64,000 bases of DNA, taken from positions 44,670 through 108,669 of the forward strand of contig CAIXBR010000047.1 of assembly GCA_903917735.1 (NCBI GenBank), given 5' to 3'. Numbering within the stretch: the first letter of the stretch is position 1; the number at the start of each line of letters is the position of its first letter. The notes beneath the pieces were generated by a model. That model was not told where the DNA came from and searched no databases. It worked only from the letters and a program-made list of their open reading frames with translations. The stretch comes from an uncultured Elusimicrobia bacterium (GTDB lineage: Bacteria > Elusimicrobiota > Elusimicrobia > Elusimicrobiales > UBA9959). Below, in pieces: positions 1 to 12,000 of the stretch. Made by a program: the position numbers and the translations under genes.

Positions 1-120
1 GGCCCGCGCAATTCCCAAATGATCTGGCTGATAGTGGGCCTGATGGCGCTTCTGGCGCCGGCGGGGCTGCTGGTGTTCCGCGGCTACATCCAGGTGCACG
101 AGTCCGGGCGGGATAACTGA
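1..120 (+). CDS. 3' end of an upstream CDS (partial), C-terminal hydrophobic helix
   Basis: Frame 1 is open from the window edge to TGA at 118-120. It translates to ...MIWLIVGLMALLAPAGLLVFRGYIQVHESGRDN*. No family is assignable. Confidence 0.3.
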   Translation, partial: GPRNSQMIWLIVGLMALLAPAGLLVFRGYIQVHESGRDN

Positions 121-146
121 GGCCGCGGCAAAACTGGGAGAACTGA

Positions 147-884
147 ATGTCCAGCGAGAATCTTGAAGCGGTCATCCTGACGTTGGACGAGGCTCTCTTC
201 ACCGCCTGCAGGTCGAGGTTCGCGGAAAGCCGGGTAGAGCTCACGCCCGCGCGCGATCCCGATTCTTTTAAAAGCACGCTAAGGGATAAAGATATCGGCG
301 CCATCATCCTGGATTCGGCTTACGCTTACGACATACTTGGACTGGGGGCGCCGGAAGCGGTAGCCAAGCTGTCCCCTTTGCTGGCCCCCAGGATACTCAT
401 GGTCCTTGCGGAACAGAACACCCCGCCCGACCAGGTAGTTAAGCTACTGAAGCTCGGCGCCCATGACGTGGCCACCAAACCCGTCAAGCCGAGGATACTG
501 GCCGAACAGCTGAAAGCCCTGGTCAGAGTGTTCGCTCCCAAAAAAAAGCAGGATAGGAAAATATTAGCCTCCCCCGGCAGCGCCATTACTATGGACTATC
601 CGCGCAGGCGGTGCTATATAAAGGAAAGGGACGGCGGCCCACTCTCTCCCAAGAAGGACGTCAAGCCGACGAAAATAGAGTTCCATGTGCTGTACTTCCT
701 GCTTCAGAAAAAAGGCGCGGTAGTCACTTACGACGAATTCAGGGCGCACTTATGGCCGACCGCGGCCTCCCCGAAAGAGATAATCCACACCCTCCACCAA
801 TTGACCACCAATATCCGCAAAAAGATAGCAGGCTGCCCGGCAAAGATAGAGAACCTCCGGGCTGAAGGCTTCAGGCTCGTATAA
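147..884 (+). CDS. OmpR/PhoB-family response regulator (receiver + winged-helix DNA-binding domain)
   Basis: ATG preceded by GGGAGA. Receiver-like N-terminus (IGAIILDSAY, GAHDVATKPVKP). C-terminal trans_reg_C-like wHTH (IEFHVLYFLLQKKGAVVTYDEFRAHLWP ... LRAEGFRLV). Confidence 0.8.
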   Translation: MSSENLEAVILTLDEALFTACRSRFAESRVELTPARDPDSFKSTLRDKDIGAIILDSAYAYDILGLGAPEAVAKLSPLLAPRILMVLAEQNTPPDQVVKLLKLGAHDVATKPVKPRILAEQLKALVRVFAPKKKQDRKILASPGSAITMDYPRRRCYIKERDGGPLSPKKDVKPTKIEFHVLYFLLQKKGAVVTYDEFRAHLWPTAASPKEIIHTLHQLTTNIRKKIAGCPAKIENLRAEGFRLV

Positions 885-893
885 GGCCGCTAA

Positions 894-2384
894 ATGAGCA
901 TTAAATTCAAACTGATGCTGGCCATAGACAGCCTGGTCCTGCTGGCCATAATGACGTTCGGCGGCATCATCTACACTTCTGAAGTGAAGATCCTGCAGCG
1001 CCAGATCCGCTCCGCAAGGGAGGACGTCCTTCAATCGCTTTCAAAGGTGACCGTGGAAAGCCTTTTAAGCGAAGACGACGCGATGCTTATCGGCTATACG
1101 GCTGACCTCAAGCGCATGGTAAGCGAGTTGGAAGTGGCGTACGTAACCGACGGGAATGTGATACTGGCCCATACAGACAAAAAGCTGGCGCCCCGCCCTC
1201 TGCCCCTTTCCTACAGCGGCCAAAGAGTGCACTCCGTCTCCGACAGGCTCCTGGTAAGGAGCAAGTTCAAAGCGGCGGGCGCGAAGAATATTTCTTTTTC
1301 CAGGAAACGCGTAATAGTGAACGGCCGCGCCTACGACGTGGCAGTAGGCTACTCGGACCTGAGGGTGCAGACCAACATCCAGGCCGCACTGGACTCGGTG
1401 CTTATCAGGATAGTCAAGGCCGGCCTGCTGGTCATTTTCGCGGCCACCGGGCTTGCGCTCTGGCTCTCCAGCCTGATGACCAGGCCCATCAAGAAACTTG
1501 TGAACGCTTTCACGATCACCGGCGGGTGGGACCTGACCTACAAGCTGGATGACACCGCGCGCCACGACGAGATAGGCGCGCTGAACCGCGAGTTCAACGG
1601 TATGGTGGAGAAGCTGAAGGAGCTGGACCAGCTGAAAAAAGATTTCGTTTCCTCGGTCACGCACGAGCTTAAATCCCCGATAGGGGCCATAGAATCCTAC
1701 CTGGACCTGATGGCTTACGACGTAGCCAGGAGCGTGAAAGACCCTGGCTCCACCCCGGCCATGCTTCCCCGGTTCCTTGAAAATATCTACTTCATCAAAC
1801 AGAACTCCAGCCGGCTCCTGCACTTCATAGCCGACCTGCTGGACGCGGCCCGTATAGAAAAAGGGAAATTCGAGATCGCAAGAAAGCCGGCGCAGATAGA
1901 GCCGATAATCCGGGACGCGGTAAAGCTCTTCCTTGAGCGCGCCAGGGCTTCGGGAATAGAATTGAACTCCGAGTTTCCGGGGAAACTGCCGCCTGTGCTC
2001 CTGGACTCGGAGCGGATCTCTCAGGTGCTGGTGAACCTGGTATCCAACGCTTTGAAATTCACGCCCAAAGGCGGAAAAGTCACCATCTACGCGTCGCTGG
2101 CCGCCGGGCGGCCGGGGACGCCGCCCAACGGCGCGGCGGCGCGCAAAGCGGTACTGAGGGTTTCGGTGGAAGACACCGGCATAGGGCTCTCCAAGGCCGA
2201 CCTGGAAAAAGTGTTCGAGAAATTCTACCAGGTGCCCGGGGGAAGAAATAACGTCGTGGGCCCGAAGGGAACGGGGCTCGGCCTGTACATAGTGAAGAGC
2301 ATCGTCGAAGCTCACGGAGGAATGACCTTCGCGGAGAGTTCGGGCAAAGGCAGTCGGTTCAATTTCGAACTGCCGGTTCAATAA
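894..2384 (+). CDS. Sensor histidine kinase (TM - extracytoplasmic domain - TM - HAMP - HisKA - HATPase_c)
   Basis: N-terminal TM (LVLLAIMTFGGIIY) and second TM (LLVIFAATGLALWLSSL) followed by a HAMP-like segment. H-box SSVTHELKSPIGAI. ATPase G-boxes DTGIGL and GTGLGLYIVKSIVEAHGG. Confidence 0.9.
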   Translation: MSIKFKLMLAIDSLVLLAIMTFGGIIYTSEVKILQRQIRSAREDVLQSLSKVTVESLLSEDDAMLIGYTADLKRMVSELEVAYVTDGNVILAHTDKKLAPRPLPLSYSGQRVHSVSDRLLVRSKFKAAGAKNISFSRKRVIVNGRAYDVAVGYSDLRVQTNIQAALDSVLIRIVKAGLLVIFAATGLALWLSSLMTRPIKKLVNAFTITGGWDLTYKLDDTARHDEIGALNREFNGMVEKLKELDQLKKDFVSSVTHELKSPIGAIESYLDLMAYDVARSVKDPGSTPAMLPRFLENIYFIKQNSSRLLHFIADLLDAARIEKGKFEIARKPAQIEPIIRDAVKLFLERARASGIELNSEFPGKLPPVLLDSERISQVLVNLVSNALKFTPKGGKVTIYASLAAGRPGTPPNGAAARKAVLRVSVEDTGIGLSKADLEKVFEKFYQVPGGRNNVVGPKGTGLGLYIVKSIVEAHGGMTFAESSGKGSRFNFELPVQ

Positions 2385-2399
2385 CGCGGGGACCCTTAT

Positions 2400-2762
2400 A
2401 TGAAAAAAGTCCTTATCCTTGAAGACGAGCAGGATTACGTGAACGTGCTGACCCAGCTGCTGGCTCCGGAGGGTTTTAAAATACTCTCGGCCAACACGGT
2501 CAGGGACGCCCTTAATCTGCTGGAGATGATAACGCCCGATCTGCTGATAGTGGACTGGAACCTCCCCGACAGGACCGGCATAGACTTTATCAAAGAAGTG
2601 CGCGCGCAGAAAAAATTCAGGAAGGTCCGTATCGTGATGAACACCATAAGGGACGCAGAGAGCGACCAGCTTGCCGCTTACCTTGAACACGTGGACTTTT
2701 ACTTCACAAAACCCATAAAGCCGGAAATATTCCTCAGCAAGATCAAAAAGATACTGGAATAG
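2400..2762 (+). CDS. Single-domain (CheY-like) response regulator
   Basis: 120 aa, receiver only: ILEDEQD acidic pocket, LLIVDWNLPDRTG phospho-acceptor region, FTKP lysine motif. Confidence 0.85.
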   Translation: MKKVLILEDEQDYVNVLTQLLAPEGFKILSANTVRDALNLLEMITPDLLIVDWNLPDRTGIDFIKEVRAQKKFRKVRIVMNTIRDAESDQLAAYLEHVDFYFTKPIKPEIFLSKIKKILE

Positions 2763-2827
2763 CTGTCTTGGACCCGGAGCTTGTCAGCCCGAAGAAGGAT
2801 AATGATATTTATTGGTATTTGTTATCT

Positions 2828-2866
2828 ATTGATTATACATTGATTGTTCATTGATTGACATTGCAT
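2828..2866 (+). promoter_or_regulatory. Four helically phased direct repeats ATTGATT/ATTGcat (starts 2828, 2839, 2850, 2860); candidate response-regulator operator
   Basis: Read directly: ctATTGATTatacATTGATTgttcATTGATTgacATTGcat, spacing 11/11/10 bp. The last repeats overlap a TTGACA -35 box. The region is AT-rich in a GC-rich genome. Confidence 0.4.
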
Positions 2867-2883
2867 GCTTTTGAAGGTATGCT
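2855..2883 (+). promoter_or_regulatory. Sigma70-like promoter P1 (TTGACA - 17 nt - TATGCT)
   Basis: TTGACA at 2855-2860, 17-nt spacer, TATGCT at 2878-2883, in the 280-bp AT-rich gap upstream of the giant gene. Confidence 0.4.
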
Positions 2884-2929
2884 TTACATTAAGGGATTGT
2901 GGAGTCGTGACAACCATAACTTTTGCCGG

Positions 2930-2958
2930 TTGAAAAACAGTTCCTCAGTTGCTATACT
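2930..2958 (+). promoter_or_regulatory. Sigma70-like promoter P2 (TTGAAA - 17 nt - TATACT)
   Basis: TTGAAA at 2930-2935, 17-nt spacer, TATACT at 2953-2958, about 85 nt upstream of the ATG at 3044. Confidence 0.4.
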
Positions 2959-3043
2959 TTGACTATTCTCAAGTTCTGCTCAAGAATAAGGCCCGGGTTT
3001 GAAACAGCGACTTTTTGAAAACAAGTATTCGGAACAAGCGGGT

Positions 3044-6000
3044 ATGAACTGTAAATGGTCCGCTTTAGTTCTCTCCCTATTCCTGTGCCTGGCCCCTGAA
3101 GCCGGAGCGCTGGTAGTTTACACCGAAAACAGCGACACGCAGTTCAACGCCGGCTCCTACAACTCAACCTACATCACCGGCTCCGGCCTGAACGTGAACC
3201 TGGGCCTGGACTACTACGGCGACGCCGCCGGCTTTTCGGCCCCCGGCTCCAATGAATGGTTCAATTCCGCCTGGAAATACAGGCAACTCCTCACGATCAA
3301 TTCCTCGAACCCCTCGCCCCTGTCCAATTATTCCGTGGCAGTCACCATCAACACGCAGGACGCCATCTCCGGCGGCAGGATGAACGCCGACGGCTCGGAC
3401 ATACGCTTCACCACGGCGGCGGTCTCCGGCAGCGCTCCCTCCCTGCCCTACTACATAGAATCGGGCATCAATACCGCGGTCACGAAGATATGGGTAAACA
3501 TCCCCTCCATTACTGCCGGCGCGAACAACCTCTACCTTTACTCCGGCAACACCTCGGCCGCGGCGGTCTCGGGCATGGCCGGCACCTTCACGATGGGAGA
3601 CAATTTCAACGCCGCCAACGGCTCCGCCCCCAGCACCGCCACCTGGACCAACATCCAGTCGAACACGCCGAGCGCGGGCGCGCTCTCGGACATACAGTCC
3701 AACCGGCTGCGCCTGCTCTTCGGCAGCCCTCTCAACCTGCGCTACTTCGGTCTGCGCAGCGCCGCGATATATTCCATCGGGGCCGGCAAGCGCTACCACG
3801 CCGAAGTCAACGCCCGCGCCTCCGGCAGTGACTCCTGGTCTACCGTAACTCTGTGCCCCTCGTTCTACAACTACTCCGACGGCCAGTCGGCCTGGCTGCG
3901 TTTCTCCGTCAAGCACTCGGCGGGCGGGGCCACCTATACCGTCGACCGCAAGGACTACGGCACAAAGGCCACGCTGGCCTCCGGCGTACTGGGCGCGGGC
4001 TTCCACGGGGTGGATTTTTTAATAAGCGCCTCTTCCTTCAGCGTCTTGCTGGACGGCTCGCAGGTCTACGGCGGAACCAACGACTTGACCATCGGTAGCC
4101 CGTATATCTATCTGGAAGCATCCAGCGCCTCCTCATCTCTTGATGAATTCCTTTTCGACAACGTTTCCGTCCAGTCCTATTCGCCGCCGGACCCTACATA
4201 CACTTCCTCCGGCGCCGGACAGGGCCGCCGCTACCCTTCGGGGGAGTTCGTCTCGCAGACCGTGGACAGCGGCGCGCCCGGCACAAGATACCTTAGCTCC
4301 GACTGGGCAGCGATAACGCCTTCGAGCTCCTCCCTTTCCATGGAGATGCGCGCGAACGACACCGACGTAGCGCTGGGCACTTTCACGGCCGTCTCCAAGG
4401 GGGGAGACCCGGCGGTGTACGGACGCTACGCGCAGTACAGGATAAACCTGGCCACCCTGGACCCGCGCTATACGGCTACGGTGAGCAGCGTGGCCATTTC
4501 CTACGTCTCCCCGCCGCTGGCGCCCTCCGGCGCGGCCGGCGCTATGCTTTCAGCGACCTCGATAAAATGGAGCTGGACCGACAATTCCTCCGGCCAGTAC
4601 CAGGAAGACGGGTTCCGAGTGATGGACGCCACCGGCGTAATAAAGAGCGGCTCCCTGGCCTCAGGCTCCACCTATTGGATAGAGACCGGGCTGATCCCCA
4701 ACACGCAGTATTCCCGCCTTATAGCCGGCTATAATTCTTCCGGCCAGGGCGCCTCATCCGCGGCCTTCAGGTACACGCTTCCGGCCTCCCCCAGCGTGGG
4801 TTGCGACAAGTCCACCGGCACCTGGCTCTCCGGCACCCTGGCCTGCACCAACCTGGCCGGCTTCGGCAGCAACGGTGTAGCCTACTACCGCTACGTCTGG
4901 ACCCAGCTGGCCACTTACTCGGCCTGGAGCGGCTCGGAAACGCAGTGGCTCTCGGGCTCGCTTACAAAATCGGATTTCACTACCGGCAACTGGTACCTGC
5001 ACGTAAGATCGTATAACGGTGAGAACACCGCGGCGGATGCCCAGACCTACGGCCCCTACTGGTACGACAAGAACGCGCCTACAATAACGGGGTTCAGCCC
5101 TTCATCCAGCCCGTGGGTCAATACTTATGTAACGATAAACCCCTCAGTCGCGCTTGCCGACACCGGAGGCTCCAAGCTTTTCGCGGTACGCAACAATTGG
5201 ACCGGCAGCACCAGCCGCCCTTACTCGGGAGACTCCGGCTGGCAGGCCTGGGATTACTCCATTTCGGGCAACGACACTGCAAGCTCCAGCTTCATCAAGT
5301 CCAATGCCGGGCAATGGTACCTGCATATTGAAGTTCAGGACACCGCCGGCAACATAGGCTACTCTTACTCCGGCCCATACAAGATCGACAAGACGAACCC
5401 CTCCGGGAGCGTAGTAATAAACAACGCCAGCGACACCTATACCCCACGCAAAGAAGTGACGCTCTCACTGATTTATTCCGACTCGGAATCCGGGGTTAAA
5501 AGCCTCAGATACAAGAACCTTGGCGGCAACTGGTCCGCCTCCGAGCTGCCTCAGCCTACCACGGCATGGGCGCTTATTGACGGGGACGGCAACAAGCAGG
5601 TTTACCTGGAGGTGACGGATAACGCCGGCAACACCTATCAGACCGCCGACACCATAAACCTGAACTCACAGACTTCGCTTGTCGGTTCGGCCATAAGCGG
5701 TACGGCCAGCGGCGTAATGGGGGAACCGGCCGAGACTTTCAGCCCGCGCGCCGTCCTGAGCTGGACGCCTACCGGGGCGGTGCTGAGCGGCAAGACGCTG
5801 TCCTTCTATTTCAATGGCTCCACCAATACCGCGGTGACCGACTCCCAAGGCGCTGCCTCCTCCAGCTTCAATATCCCCACGGCTTCCGGGACCTATGTTT
5901 ACTCCGTCTCTTTTTCAACGGACGGCGTCTACTCGGTCAGCTCCTCCACCGGCGTGCTGACTGCGGCCCAGCGCGGGGTTTCCCTTATCACCGAGGACGT

Positions 6001-9000
6001 CAACGCCACCTCGGGAGTAAATTTTACCGCCAAAGCTACGCTCAGGGACTTCTTCACTAATGATCCGATAACCGGCTCCGCTATTACTTTCTCATTCGGG
6101 AGTTCCACAAAGACGGCGTTTACCAGCGCCGTAGGCGTGGCCACCGTCACCTTTACCGCCCCGCTGCTGGTAGGCATCTATTCTTACTCCGCCTCTTATG
6201 ACGGCAGCGCGGTATACGCGCCCAAGAGCGGCGCCAGCGGAGTGGGCGTAGGGCTGCGCGTAACCAACCTTAGTGTGCCCGGCGTTTCGGCCATGGCGCA
6301 GGCCGACTTCTACGCGCAGGCCACGCTGACGGACGGGGCCCTGCCGGTGCAGGGGTCTACAATAACCTTTGTCTTCCAGGGGTACACACAGACCGCCATC
6401 ACCAACGCCTCCGGCGTGGCGGTTTCTTCCTATACCGCCCCGGCCTCCTCCGGCACTTACTCCTATACCGCGGACTTCCCCGGTGACGGCACCTACGCGG
6501 CCAGCAGCGGCGCAGCGGCCCTGACCGTGAACCGGCGCCCGCTCAGCCTGGCCGGGGAAACCAGCCAGGGCTACGTGGACGCCACTTTCCTGGCGCACGC
6601 AAAACTCTACGACGGAATTACCGCGGACAGGGTGGCGGGGAAACAGATAGTTTTCGTTTTTGAGGGATCCTCGGCCGCTGTAACAACCGACTCCAACGGC
6701 GCGGCCTCCGCGTCGTTCAATTCCGGTTCCGCGCCGCGCGATTCCACCTATTACTCTTATTTTGCGGGAGATTCCGGCTACGCCTTCGCGGACTCCACGG
6801 CCACGGTCTCCATAGTTCGGCGCCTTACTTCGCTGGCGGCCTCGGACACCACCGCCCTGCTCAGTTCCACCTTCACGGCCATAGTCGCATTGAAGGACAC
6901 CTCTTTCGCCACCCCCGTACCAATATCCGGCAAGCTGATCAATTTCAGTTTCCTGGGCTCCACCCAGACAGCAATAACCAACGACTTGGGCGTGGCCTCG
7001 GTCACCTACCAGACCGGCCTCTCCACCGGCGCTTACGACTTCTACGCCTCTTTCGCCCAGGACGGCTCCTACCTGGCCGCCAACGACACCGGCACCGTCA
7101 CCATGACCAAGCGCACCGTAGTAGTTTCAGCTTACCCATGGTACGGCTTCGCTTTGGATTCGATAAAGCCGGTGGCCGACCTGAAGGACGGCGTGACCGG
7201 TGCCTATATCGGCGGACAGCCGATAACGTTCACCTACAACGGCACGCCGCAGTCCACCATCACCGTGGCCTCCGGCGGGACCATGGGCAAGGCCTACGCG
7301 GTTTACACCGGCACCGGCGTGGCGGGGACTTACAGCTATTCCGTGGATTTCCCCGGCAACTCTCTCTATTCGGCCAACAGCAACACCGCTTCCATAACGG
7401 TAAGCCAGCGTTCGGTGAGCCTGGCCGCGTTCCCGCAGACCGCCATCTGGAGCACCACCTTTACAGTTACGGCCGAGTTCCGCGACGGCACGACCAACGC
7501 CACGGTGAACGGCAAGCTGATAAAAATAACCTTCAGCACCGCCGCCACCAACTCGGTTACCGCTGGGGCCGGCGTTGCCACCTCCACCTTCACCGCCCCG
7601 GCCGGCACCGGCACCTTCAACTGGCTGGCCGAATTCGCCGGAGACCAGACTTACGCGGCGGCCAGCCAGACAGGGACGCTCACGGTTATCAGGCGCGCGC
7701 CCACCCTTTCGGCGATAGCCGCCAGCAAGTACGTGTGGGATAGCATAATCCTCAACGCTACTTTTATGGACGGGGACACTCCCATAGCCTCGATACCGCT
7801 ATCGTTCTCTTTCAACAGTTCCTCAAATACCCAGAACACGAACGGCAGCGGCCTGGCAACGTCCCTGGCTTTCTCCTCCATGAGCGCCCCGGGGAACTCC
7901 GGCTACACGGTGCAGTTCGCTGGCGACGCCAACTATTCAGCGCTGTCCGCCAGTTCCACCGTGACCGTGAGCGCCAGGCCCTCGAACATAAGCATCGGTC
8001 CTGTTTCTTCTATCGCCGGTTCTACAGTAACGCTGACGGCCACGCTTATAGACACGAACAACGGCACCAGGATCATGAGCGGCAAGCCCGTCAGCTTCAC
8101 GCTGCAGGGGTCCACGTACGGCGTTGCGGCGGTTACCAACGGCTCCGGAGTGGCCCAGGCGGTATTCATCTCCTCCACAAATACCGGCCCCTATACTTAT
8201 TCCGCCACCTTCTACGGCAACACCAACTACGCCGGCACCTCCAGCAGCAGCACCCTTACCGTTACGCTGCGCCCCTCGGTGCTCGAAATGGCCGATTATT
8301 ACCCGCCAGCCAGCAGCACTTTCACGGTTTCGGCCGTGCTAAAGGACTACACTACCGGCGCCACTATCTCCACACAGACCGTTTCCTTCCTCTTCATGAC
8401 CGTAGGGAAATCGGGAGTCACCAACGCGCTGGGTTCCGCCGCCACCTCTTACGTAACCATCTCCAGCACCATGAGCTACCCCATAAGCGCCTCTTACGCG
8501 GGGAACACGCTCTATTCCGCGGCCTCCATAAGCAAGATCGTCTACCCGGGCAGGCGCAACACCGCCCTGTATACCTCGGACATGAACACCGCGGTGGCGC
8601 TGGACACATTTACGGTAACCGCGCGGCTTAGCGACTACGACCTGGGCACCTACATCTACGGGGCCACAATAACCTTCTCGTTCAACAGCTCCAACTACAC
8701 CGCTTTTACAAATTCCACCGGCACGGCCAGCGCGGTCTTCACCGCCCCGGCCTCTACCGGCAGTTATACCTATAGCGCCGTATTCGCGGGAACAGCGCTC
8801 TATAACGGCACGACCAACACTTCCTCCGTGCTGGTGAACCGCCGCGCCATAACTATCAAGGCCAGCGACCTTACCTCCATCCCGGCCAACAGCTCCTTCA
8901 TCGCCTCGGCCCTGCTTACCGACGGGGTGATAACCGTTTCAACAAAGACGCTGACTTTCGTGTTCACTCCCGCCACCCCCAACACCAAAACCGCCGTTAC

Positions 9001-12000
9001 TAACGTCATCGGCGTCGCCTCCACCACCTTCCTGTCGCCGTCCAGCACAGGCACTTTCTCCTACTCGGTGTCTTTCGCGGACGGGGACCCGCTCTACAAA
9101 CCGGTTTCCGCCAGCGGCAGCGTGGGGGTAGTGCTTAAGAACACCGTGCTGACGGCGCTGGACGTAGCCGACGCGGTGGTAGGCGCCAGTTTCGTCAGCC
9201 AGGCCCAGCTGCTCGCCATAGAACCCGGCGGCAACGTGCCTGTGGCGTCGACCAAAACAGTAACTTTTTCATTCACCACCGGCACAGTTAACGCCATCAC
9301 GAACGTGGTGGCTGTGGCTACGGCGGGATTCGTAGCGCCTCCCACCGTAGGCTCTTACCAGTACACCGCCGTTTTCGCGGGCGACGGCATGTACGGCGCC
9401 AGCAGCAGTTCCGGCACTGTTACCGTAAAGCGCCGGCCCGTAATCTTCTCCGTTTCCGTCCCCGCCGGAGAGCCGTATACTCTTTCTACCATGACGGTTA
9501 AAGCCAACCTGGTAGACGGTAAAACGGGACAGCCTTTGCCGGATAGCCCGCTGGGCTCCGGGAATTTCCCATCGGTGAAGATCTATTTCAGCGTATCTAA
9601 CACGACTCACACGATACAAATGGACGCGCTTGGCGTCAGCAGCACCACTTTCTACGTCGGAATTGCTTCAGGGACATACAGGTATGCCGGCACTTTTGAC
9701 GGCAACGTAAGTTATAACGCGAGCGAGATCAATGATCAAACTGTAAGCACGGTAAAGATCAACCCCCGGCCCACTTCTCTTCAGCCCTTTTCCGGAGACG
9801 GGATGATGATGACCTGGGGAGTCTACACCTTCAGTGGCTTTAATGCAAGCGCGTATATCCTAGACAACTTGAACGGCAACAGCGGCATCTCGGGACTTAA
9901 TCTTGCTTTCCTCGCGCAGGGCACAACCATTTATGGCACTTCGCTGGTCGATCCTCCCGGCCGGGCTACCTCCGACACGGCGTTTCCCTCTATCGCAATT
10001 GCGGGCTCCTATCCGGTCCAGGTCACGTTTCCAGGGAACCAGACATATGCCCCGAGCGTTTTGCTTGGAGGAGTAGATCAGTCCCAGGGTAAACGGGGTT
10101 TTGTCCCGGTTTACCAGTCCCCCGCTAATATCGCGATGGATGCGATACAGGAATGCTTCCCTTCCGAAGACAAGGTTATCAGCGGCGTAGCGCACGATGG
10201 ATATCTGGGTGACAGGCCTAACGCCAGGCCCATACTTAAAGGTATGCAGGTTAGATACCGGATTTCGGACACTGCCTGCATCCATTATCCGGATAATTGT
10301 CCCTGGGGAACTTTGGGTGCGCCAAGCTACGGAAACATAAACGACTCTTATATAGCTACCGCCACGGTACATGCTCCTACAAATATTGGTTATTACCCCA
10401 TCGAAAGATGGTTCGCGACCACAGATTCGTTTTACTATTGGGAAGTAACCGAAGATAAGAGGATTTTAAGTGTAGGACGCAGACCTACCACTCTGGCTGC
10501 GGTAACGGATCCAGTGCTGGCCGGTGCGATGATGCCGATCACCATAAAAGTGAAACTGAGAAGCACCTCCCAGAGCGACATCGGCATAGACGGGAAGCAT
10601 GTAATTATCACATTCAACGGCGGCGCTCCGCAGGATATTGTAACGTCCGGAGGAGGCTTTGCGCAGTATATATTCACGGCTGGCCTGGTGCCAGGCGACT
10701 ACACATACACAGCCGCTTTTGCCGAAGACACAACATACAACGGCACTGTATTAAACCCGGTGGGCAATGTACATGTTCAAAAAAACAGTACCGCCCTTAC
10801 CGGAACTCCGGTAACCCTGGTTCCGGCCGGAAACAACTTTATAGCGAAAGCGACCTTAATGATTACTAATCCCGACCTGACGCAGCAGCCGGGTGTGGGG
10901 AGAAACATTAATTTCACGTTCCCGGGTGTGGCGGATCAAAACAATATCGTCACCAACGCCCAGGGCGTAGCCCAGGTAACCTTTGCCGCGCCCCTAACGG
11001 CGCAGAACACCAATTTTACCGCCACCCTTGTGGCGAATACTAATGACAACGGGGCCGTTACCGTTGCCCCCACTCATAATGTACAGGTGGTTCTGCGCAA
11101 TACCAGCCTGACTTCCGTGGCCGTTAACCCTGTATATATACTGGACAACTTCACTTCCACCGCCACCTTAGTGGACCTGGACGCCCCTCTAAACGTTCCT
11201 CCCCTGAACGTAGACGCCTGGATGACCGGGCGGACAATAAACTTTAATCTCAAGAGGGGGGGAACCGAAGGTGATACAGGCAACCAGGCCGCCACAACAG
11301 TCGCTTCACCTCTTGGCCGGGCAACCAAGGTGTTTACTTCCCCGCTTGAGTCCGGCAATAAATCTTACACGGCCTCTTTCGCCGCCACTTCCCTTTATGC
11401 CGCGGTCACGGCCGCGGACGCCGGGGTTACTGTGCTCAAGCGCACTACCGTCCTGTCGGCGGTGGAGCCCACAACTCCGACCAACACCATTTTTACGGCA
11501 ACGGTTACGCTGAAAGACAATACGCCCACCCAGGGCTCTCCCACTCTTATGGGCGTAAACATACACGTCCCGGTGAAATTCGTATACAACGGCGTCACCA
11601 ACTACGGGACCACGAACGATAACGGCGTAGCTACCGCCGTGTTCACCGCGCAGGCCGTGGCGAACAACTACACCTGCGACATAACCTATGAGGGGAACAC
11701 CACATACGCCACATCTAACCTGTCGTTGCCCGTGCATGTGATAAAAAGGCTTACTAGCATTTCTGCCGTTGATATTATTAACCAACCGGCCGGCGCGACG
11801 TTCCCCGCGAAGGCTACTTTAACGGATGACATCACCGGCGCCCCTATATCCGCCGCCCATATAGATTTCGTTTTCAATCTCGTTAACAGCGACTTCGGGA
11901 CCACCGATATTTCCGGCATAGCCACCACCATGTTCACCGCCCCGTTAAGCACCGGGAATTATAATTATACGGCCTGTTATCCCGGAGACAATACCTACGC

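Noticed and set aside
1065-2690. 541-aa ORF on the minus strand
   Set aside because: It is fully antisense to the histidine kinase and response-regulator genes, which carry unambiguous motifs. The translation is R/G/P/H/V-rich with no domain pattern. This is the typical stop-poor antisense frame of GC-rich coding DNA.
2999-3043. TTG start for the giant ORF given by the track
   Set aside because: The ATG at 3044 gives a canonical signal peptide directly (MNCKWSALVLSLFLCLAPEAGA). The 15 extra residues (MKQRLFENKYSEQAG) add nothing. This remains uncertain without experimental data.
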